DNA of 64,000 nucleotides from Phycisphaerae bacterium (GTDB taxonomy: Bacteria; Planctomycetota; Phycisphaerae; UBA1845; Fen-1342): the NCBI GenBank assembly GCA_963675745.2, contig CAXXWX010000026.1, positions 32,001 to 96,000 of the forward strand, in the 5' to 3' direction. Made by a program: the position numbers and the translations under genes. Below are positions 53,354 to 64,000 of the stretch, one piece after another. The stretch's first letter is position 1. Each line of letters begins with the position of its first letter. Below the pieces are notes generated by a model. The model was not told the origin of the DNA. It searched no databases and saw nothing but the letters and a program-made list of their open reading frames with translations.

Positions 53354-54171
53354 TGGCTCTTCGTTTCGGCCTTGGGTTTTTCAGGCTTAGGCTGGGCTTT
53401 GGCTTCAGGTTTGTCCTTCTCTTTCAGAAGTTCGCCGACGCCCTTTTCCAGCGACGCGAGGTAATTCGCGATGCTCCAAGCCACCTTTTGTCCATTCGTG
53501 GTGAGTTCGATCCCGCTGACCAGGTCCGGCGCGGTCTGGAACCGGACGTGGATTTCAGCCGAGAAGGTTTCGTTAAGCGCATTTTGTATCGCCGCGCGTT
53601 GCTCCGCAGGCAGGTCAAACGCGCTCCGCACGAGCGCGGGGTCAGACGCTGTCTTGAGGGCCTCGGCGAGAACTGCTTTCGCCTTGGCGTCCATCTCTCG
53701 CAAGCGGCGAGTGAACACTTCGCCCAGGCGCTCTTCCAGACTCGTCGTGGCGAGATCCGTCAGCGCCTTTCGCGCGATGGCAAACACCTCCTGCTGCGTC
53801 CGGCGACTGATGGTTTGGTTTAGGTTATGGGCTTCATTTTTCAGCGCTTCCTGTCGCTTGGCACTCAAGGCGTCGGCCGCCTTCCGCGCTTCGTCGAGGA
53901 GCCGCTGACGTTCGGCTTTCGCCTCGTCCGTCGCCTTGCTCAAGAGCGCGGCGCGCTGCTGGTCGAACTCCTCGTTCTTGTGCTGGAACTCGTCGCGCTC
54001 CTTTTGGGCTTCGGCTTTTTTCGCGTCGGCGTCCGCGAGTTCCGTGGCGATCCGCTTCTCCCGCGCGTCGATGGCATGGAGGATGGGCTTGTAAAGAAAG
54101 CGCTTCATCAACCATACCAGGATGAGGAAGTTGAGCGCCTGTGCTCCGACGGTGAACCAATCGATTAACAT
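53350..54171 (-). CDS. atpF: N-ATPase b subunit (extended b/delta-like)
   Basis: [30 protein letters not shown], coiled coil, delta-like C-terminus. Confidence 0.95.
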   Translation of the reverse strand: MLIDWFTVGAQALNFLILVWLMKRFLYKPILHAIDAREKRIATELADADAKKAEAQKERDEFQHKNEEFDQQRAALLSKATDEAKAERQRLLDEARKAADALSAKRQEALKNEAHNLNQTISRRTQQEVFAIARKALTDLATTSLEERLGEVFTRRLREMDAKAKAVLAEALKTASDPALVRSAFDLPAEQRAAIQNALNETFSAEIHVRFQTAPDLVSGIELTTNGQKVAWSIANYLASLEKGVGELLKEKDKPEAKAQPKPEKPKAETKSQ

Positions 54172-54175
54172 GGGT

Positions 54176-54457
54176 TCACTTTCCTGCAGCTTGGGCGATG
54201 ACGTGGTTCCAGAATGGGTTGGCGAAGATGAGAATCATCGAGACCACGAAGCAGTAGATGGCCGTGGACTCGATCATCGCCAGACCGACAAAGAGGGTCC
54301 GGGTGATGGTGGCGGAGGCGTCGGGCTGCTGCGCCAGTGAACTCAGCGCTGCCGAGACCGCGCGCCCTTCGCCCAACGCCGGCATCATACACCCCACACC
54401 GGTCGCGAGGCCGGCGGTGACGATCGAGGCGACGGCGATGAGGGTCATGTTATCCAT
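54176..54457 (-). CDS. atpE: N-ATPase c subunit with Na+-type ligand motif
   Basis: LGEG, AQQPD, MIESTAIY. Confidence 0.96.
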   Translation of the reverse strand: MDNMTLIAVASIVTAGLATGVGCMMPALGEGRAVSAALSSLAQQPDASATITRTLFVGLAMIESTAIYCFVVSMILIFANPFWNHVIAQAAGK

Positions 54458-54487
54458 AGCGTGTCCTTTCGTTGATTCGTCGTTGTT

Positions 54488-55183
54488 TCAAGTCGCGGGC
54501 GCTGGTGCAGGCTTGGGCCTGCGAGTCCGCGTGGCGGCCGCGATGTAAACCGCCGCCAGGATGCTGAAGATGTAGGCCTGTACCATGCCGGTGAGCAGAC
54601 CGAGCGCAATCATGACGATCGGAAAGATGAAGGGGGTGATGGTCAGCAGAATGCCGATAATCATCGCCCCGCTCATCATGTTGCCGAACAGACGCACGGC
54701 CAGGGCCAGCGTGCGGGAGATTTCGCTGATGATATTAAACGGCAGCATGATGAACGTCGGCTTCAAATAGGATCCGAGGTAGCCGCCCAGCCCTTGCTCC
54801 TCGATGCCGAAGAGCGGCACGGCCACAAACACGCACAGCGCGAGTGCCGCGGTAGTCGAGAGCGAAGCCGTCGGCGGCTCGTAGCCGGGAATGACGGTGC
54901 AGAGGCTGGCCGTAGCGACGAACAGGAAGAGCGTGCCCAGAAAGCCGAGGTACTTCTTCGGGTGGTGAAGCCCCACCTCTTCGATTTGCTTCTCGATAGC
55001 GGTGACGACGATTTCCAGCAGGTTCTGCCAGCGGGAACGTTGCAGGCCCGTGGAGAGTTTGCGCGTAATGAGTTTTGAACCGACGGCCAGCACGAGCATC
55101 AGTCCCCACGTGAACACGATAGTGGCGTTGAGTTTGAGAAATCCGTGTTGCCAGAAGATCAACTGATCGGGACTAAGGCGCAT
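54488..55183 (-). CDS. atpB: N-ATPase a subunit
   Basis: SRTLALAVRLFGNM, VQAYIFSILAAVYI. Confidence 0.96.
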   Translation of the reverse strand: MRLSPDQLIFWQHGFLKLNATIVFTWGLMLVLAVGSKLITRKLSTGLQRSRWQNLLEIVVTAIEKQIEEVGLHHPKKYLGFLGTLFLFVATASLCTVIPGYEPPTASLSTTAALALCVFVAVPLFGIEEQGLGGYLGSYLKPTFIMLPFNIISEISRTLALAVRLFGNMMSGAMIIGILLTITPFIFPIVMIALGLLTGMVQAYIFSILAAVYIAAATRTRRPKPAPAPAT

Positions 55184-55487
55184 GGCTGGCCTCCCTCACT
55201 GGGGGGTTGTGGTGCTCGACGGGCGGCCTGGAAAGCCGCGTCACGATGAAACGCGCGATGACGAATCCGAGCAGACAGGCCACCAGCCGCTCCCAATGAC
55301 CGCCCGCGACAAAGTAGAATCCGGTGAGGATGATACCGGTCCGCAACAGCAAGCTACCCAGAAACCAAGTCGCCGGATGCTTGGACAAAACGCCCTTGCG
55401 AACGGTCCACCAGAGGCCGCCGAAGAAAATTGCGCCGAGCAAAAGGCCCGCCACCAACGCAAGTGCCAGAGTCACAGGTTCATTCAT
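55173..55487 (-). CDS. atpR: N-ATPase AtpR subunit
   Basis: FFGGLWWTVRK..SLLLR..GFVIAR; position in the operon. Confidence 0.88.
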   Translation of the reverse strand: MNEPVTLALALVAGLLLGAIFFGGLWWTVRKGVLSKHPATWFLGSLLLRTGIILTGFYFVAGGHWERLVACLLGFVIARFIVTRLSRPPVEHHNPPVREASHAP

Positions 55488-55807
55488 CGTCATCCTCCGG
55501 TTCGTCCCGCATCGCCTTGTCTTCCTTGGCGACCCAATGCCACGCATTCAAACAGCCGATCGCGAGCCCGGCAGCCAACAGCGCCAGCGTCCAGGAATAG
55601 GCTCCCGGATGGCGCTGGTCCAACCAGCGACCGAGCGCTGCGCCCAGCAGTGTCGGCACGACCACCGACCAGCCGATAAGCCCCATCATGCCCAAGCCAA
55701 ACCAGACGCCCCGCGTGGAGTTGCGCCGCGCCTTGAGCTTGCGCGTCGCCTTCGCGCCGACCTGCCCGGCGAAGGTCGGCTCGATCTTCGAGGTTTTCTT
55801 TGGCTTG

Positions 55808-55815
<8 letters not shown>
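55480..55815 (-). CDS. atpQ: N-ATPase AtpQ (AtpZ/gene 1-like)
   Basis: GLGMMGLIGWSVVVPTLLGAALGRWLD..GCLNAWHWV. Confidence 0.88.
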
Positions 55816-57866
<2,051 letters not shown>

Positions 57867-58207
57867 TTATTCGCCATCAGTCCGGTTCAGGCGCACGCGT
57901 TGTCACGCTCATGTCCATTCCATCGCGGTTATTGTCTTCGCCACGCCTCTTTTCACCAGCAGCAGGCACCGCCGAGACCACTGCACGCCTCCACGGCGCT
58001 CCGGATCGTTGGCGCATGACGACATGGCCGCCGTAGTCTCCACCGCACGTACACGCCGATACAGTTGCAATCACTCCGTAGAGGCTGCATCCTTAGGCTC
58101 CTCCTGCGCTGGCCTCGGCTGTCCGAGATACTTGCCGACCACACGAAACCGGACAGCGTACCTGAGTTCTGTTGCCTGATTAGCCATGGAGGGATGCTGT
58201 CTCCTTC

Positions 58208-60619
58208 TCAAGCCCGAGATACTGGGCGACAAGCCGAATTGCCGCCTTTGGGGCTGCTCCACTTCCAGTTCCGGATTTCCGGCATGTCTTCGCCATGCCG
58301 GCCGATGTACTGCCGGTGCTCCAGAAGTTTGTCGCGAAGGGCTTGTTTGGCGTAGGCCGCGCGCGGGCCGAGGGCGAGCACACGATCGATGACGTCGGCC
58401 ACGAGGTGAAAGCGGTCCAGGTCGTTCATCACCACCATGTCGAACGGCGTCGAGGTGGTCCCTTCTTCTTTGAAGCCGCGCACGTGGAGGTTCTTGTGAT
58501 TGGTGCGGCGATAGGTGAGCCGATGAATCAGCCACGGATAGCCGTGGTAGGCGAATATGATCGGTTTGTCGGCTGTGAATAGCGTGTCGAAATCCCGGTC
58601 GCTTAAGCCCTGCGGATGTTCGCTTTGCGGTTGGAGCTTCATGAGATTGACCACGTTCACGACCCGCACTTTCAAGGCCGGAAAATGCTCGCGCAACAAC
58701 TGCACGGCCGCCAGCGTTTCGAGCGTGGGCACGTCGCCGCAGCACGCCATGACCACATCCGGCTCGCCTCCCTGGTCGTTGCTGGCCCACGGCCAGATGC
58801 CGAGGCCGGCGGTGCAGTGCTTGACGGCGGCGTCCATGTCGAGCCATTGCGGGGCAGGTTGTTTGCCGGCGACAATCACGTTTACGTAGTTGCGACTGCG
58901 CAGGCAATGGTCCGTCACGGAGAGCAGCGTGTTCGCGTCGGGCGGCAGATAGACTCGAACGATTTCCGCTTTCTTGTTTGCCGCGACATCGATGAAGCCG
59001 GGATCCTGGTGACTGAAGCCGTTGTGGTCCTGGCGCCACACATGCGACGAGAGCAGGTAGTTGAGGGAAGCAACAGGCCGACGCCATGGGATCCCACCCG
59101 CCACGTCCAGCCACTTGGCGTGCTGGTTGAACATCGAGTCCACGATATGGATGAACGCCTCGTAGCATGAGAAGAATCCGTGACGGCCGGTCAGCAGATA
59201 TCCTTCGAGCCAGCCCTCGCATTGATGCTCGCTCAGCATTTCCAGCACGCGGCCATCGGGCGCGACGTGATCGTCGCCGGGAACGATTTCAGCCGTCGAA
59301 CAGCGGTTCGTCACCTCGAAGGTGGCTCCCCAGCGATTCGAGGACGTTTCGTCCGGGCTAAAGACGCGGAAGGTGCTCGGATTCCGAGCGATCACGTCGC
59401 GGATCAACTCGCCCTGGACGCGGGTGGCTTCGGCGTCCACGGCGCCGGGCTTCGGCACCTTCACCGCGTAGTCGCGGAAATCCGGCAGGCGCAGATCTCG
59501 CAGGAGCAGGCCGCCGTTGGCGTGGGGATTGGCGCTCATCCGGCGCTCGCCCTTCGGAGCGAGGTCGGCAAGTTCGGGATGCAGTTTGCCGGCTTTGTCG
59601 AACAACTCCCGCGGACGGTAGCTTTTCATCCACTTTTCCAGAATCTTCACATGTCCCGGATGACTCATGTCGCCCATCGGCACCTGATGGGAGCGCCACG
59701 TGCCTTCCGTCGGTTTGCCGTCCACGGCCTTCGGGCCGGTCCAGCCCTTCGGAGAGCGCAGGATGATCATGGGCCAGCGGGGCCGTTTTTTGAACCCCTT
59801 CTCGCGGGCGTCACGCTGGATGCGCTGAATCTCACCGACCACCCTGTCGAGCGTGGCGGCCATGAGGCGGTGCATCTTCTCGGGGTCGTCACCCTCGACG
59901 AAGTACGGCGTATATCCGTAGCCGCGGAAGAGCGCCTCCAGCTCGTCGTGCGGAATGCGCGCCAGCACGGTCGGCCCGGCGATCTTGTAGCCGTTCAAGT
60001 GCAGGATGGGCAGCACGGCGCCGTCGTGGACCGGATTGAGGAACTTGTTCGAGTGCCAACTCGTGGCGAGCGGGCCGGTCTCCGCTTCGCCATCGCCGAC
60101 GACGCATGCGACGAGCAGGTCGGGATTGTCGAACGCCGCCCCGTAGGCGTGCGAAAGCGAATAGCCCAACTCGCCCCCCTCGTGGATCGAGCCCGGCGTC
60201 TCCGGCGCGACGTGGCTCGGAATACCGCCGGGGAAGGAGAACTGTTTGAACAGTCGCCTCAGCCCGTCCTCGTCGTGCGAGATGTTTGGATAAACCTCGT
60301 TGTAGGTTCCCTCCAGATAGGCGTTCGCCACCAATCCCGGCCCCCCATGGCCAGGCCCGGTGATATAGATAACGTTCAGGTCGTGCTCTTTGATGACACG
60401 GTTCAAGTGCACGTAGATGAAGTTCAGCCCCGGCGTCGTGCCCCAGTGGCCAAGCAGTCGCGGCTTGATGTGCTTCAGCGCAAGCTGTTTCTTCAGCAGC
60501 GGATTGTCGTAGAGATAAATCTGGCCGACCGAGAGATAGTTGGCGGCACGCCAGTAAGCATCCATCTTGTGGAGTAGTTCCGGGGTGAGCGTCGTTGATG
60601 TTGTTTTCACGTTTCGCAT
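58208..60619 (-). CDS. xfp: Xylulose-5-phosphate/fructose-6-phosphate phosphoketolase
   Basis: [37 protein letters not shown]. Confidence 0.97.
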   Translation of the reverse strand: MRNVKTTSTTLTPELLHKMDAYWRAANYLSVGQIYLYDNPLLKKQLALKHIKPRLLGHWGTTPGLNFIYVHLNRVIKEHDLNVIYITGPGHGGPGLVANAYLEGTYNEVYPNISHDEDGLRRLFKQFSFPGGIPSHVAPETPGSIHEGGELGYSLSHAYGAAFDNPDLLVACVVGDGEAETGPLATSWHSNKFLNPVHDGAVLPILHLNGYKIAGPTVLARIPHDELEALFRGYGYTPYFVEGDDPEKMHRLMAATLDRVVGEIQRIQRDAREKGFKKRPRWPMIILRSPKGWTGPKAVDGKPTEGTWRSHQVPMGDMSHPGHVKILEKWMKSYRPRELFDKAGKLHPELADLAPKGERRMSANPHANGGLLLRDLRLPDFRDYAVKVPKPGAVDAEATRVQGELIRDVIARNPSTFRVFSPDETSSNRWGATFEVTNRCSTAEIVPGDDHVAPDGRVLEMLSEHQCEGWLEGYLLTGRHGFFSCYEAFIHIVDSMFNQHAKWLDVAGGIPWRRPVASLNYLLSSHVWRQDHNGFSHQDPGFIDVAANKKAEIVRVYLPPDANTLLSVTDHCLRSRNYVNVIVAGKQPAPQWLDMDAAVKHCTAGLGIWPWASNDQGGEPDVVMACCGDVPTLETLAAVQLLREHFPALKVRVVNVVNLMKLQPQSEHPQGLSDRDFDTLFTADKPIIFAYHGYPWLIHRLTYRRTNHKNLHVRGFKEEGTTSTPFDMVVMNDLDRFHLVADVIDRVLALGPRAAYAKQALRDKLLEHRQYIGRHGEDMPEIRNWKWSSPKGGNSACRPVSRA

Positions 60620-60622
60620 GAA

Positions 60623-62896
<2,274 letters not shown>

Positions 62897-62897
62897 G

Positions 62898-63971
62898 TTA
62901 GCGCCCTTTATTAGCAGCCAGGGGGAGGCCGAGAACGCTGCAAACCGCCTTCGCGATCATCCGTTCTTCATCCGTGCGAATGACGCGGACCGCTACCCGG
63001 CTGGTAGCCGCCGAAATCACGCCCTCATTCGCCGCGTTTCGCTTTTCTTCGAGTTCGATTCCAAGGAACCCCAGCCCAGCGCAAATCCGGGCGCGGACCG
63101 GGGGTGCGTTCTCCCCGATGCCGCCCGCGAACACCAGCGTGTCCAGTCCGCCCAACGCCGCCGCAAATGCGCCGATCCACTTCTTGACCTGGTAGCAAAA
63201 CAGCGCGACCGCTTCGGCCGCCCGCACGTCCTGCGCTTCACGATCAAGCAAGTCACGCATGTCGGAACTGGTCTCGGACACGCCGAGCAGCCCCGATTGG
63301 GAATTGACCATCTCGCTGAGTCGTTTTGCATCGAGGCCCTCAGTGCGTGCGAAATACCAAAGCAGTCCGGGATCGAGATCGCCTGAGCGGGTGCTCATCG
63401 GCACCCCGGCGGTCGGCGTGAAGCTCATGCTCGTGTCCACGGGTCTGCCGTCGCGCACCGCCGCCAAGCTGGCACCATTGCCGAGGTGGGCGAGGACGAC
63501 CCGGCCTTGTGCCGCTTCCGCTCCCGCCAGGCGGGCCAGTTCTCCCATGAGGAACGCATACGACAATCCGTGAAACCCGTACCGCCGCACCCCCTGCGCT
63601 TCGTAGCGGCGCGGGATCGGCAACAGCCGGGCCACGCGCGGCAGGTCATGGTGAAACGCCGTGTCGAAACACGCCACTTGCGGCAGGTCAGGGAACCGGC
63701 GATGAAACGCCTCGGTCAACAGGATCTCCTCCGGCAGATGCTCAGGATCGAATGGACTGAGCCGGTGCAGCTCCTCAACCATTTCCGGAGTGATTCGTTG
63801 CGGCTCGCTATACTGCGGCCCGCCGTGCACCACGCGATGCCCCACCGCCGTCAACCGATCACGCCCGCTGCGCTGCTCGATCCAATCCATCAGCGCGCCC
63901 AACGCCCCCACCGTCGCACCAAGCAGCCAGCGGCGGCTTTGACCAACTCGGGTTATCCGAAGCCAAGCCAT
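62898..63971 (-). pseudogene. ackA: Acetate kinase lacking its native N-terminus
   Basis: GHRVVHGG, FDTAFH, RRYGFHG, HLGNGAS, FAGGIGEN, TDEE present; N-terminal NxGSSS motif absent and replaced by about 24 unrelated residues. Confidence 0.8.
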
Positions 63972-64000
63972 GACGCCATTTTACGCGCTTCCGACCGGCG

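Noticed and set aside
57870..58200. Small ORFs between xfp and atpD
   Set aside because: No recognisable product or convincing start

Overview
GC-rich bacterial DNA. The gene content (ECF sigma/Ser-Thr kinase pairs, DUF1559-type prepilin, PEP-CTERM and dockerin-like tagged exoproteins) points to Planctomycetota, probably Phycisphaerae; this is inference. Positions 1-50.5 kb are a mosaic accessory region organised around four copies of a tRNA-Met-derived core (GGCTCATAACC...): 2313(+), 20986(+), 21272(+) and 50367(-). Two paralogous tyrosine integrase genes (one intact, one truncated) point inward from the two inverted 44-bp copies. Cargo: two giant paralogous beta-helix exoproteins sharing an apparently identical 2.65-kb 3' block, further dockerin- or PEP-CTERM-tagged exoproteins, two ECF/STK modules, a signal-peptide-bearing TPR-PDZ-CHAT protease, two rve (IS481-like) elements, an IS630 remnant, a class C group II intron and several deletion-scar pseudogenes. 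Positions 50.6-64 kb hold a minus-strand ackA(truncated)-copA-xfp-N-ATPase (atpDCQRBEFAG) cluster whose subunits carry Pro/Lys/Glu-rich tails. No complete tRNA/rRNA gene or CRISPR array was seen. All comparisons were made by eye.
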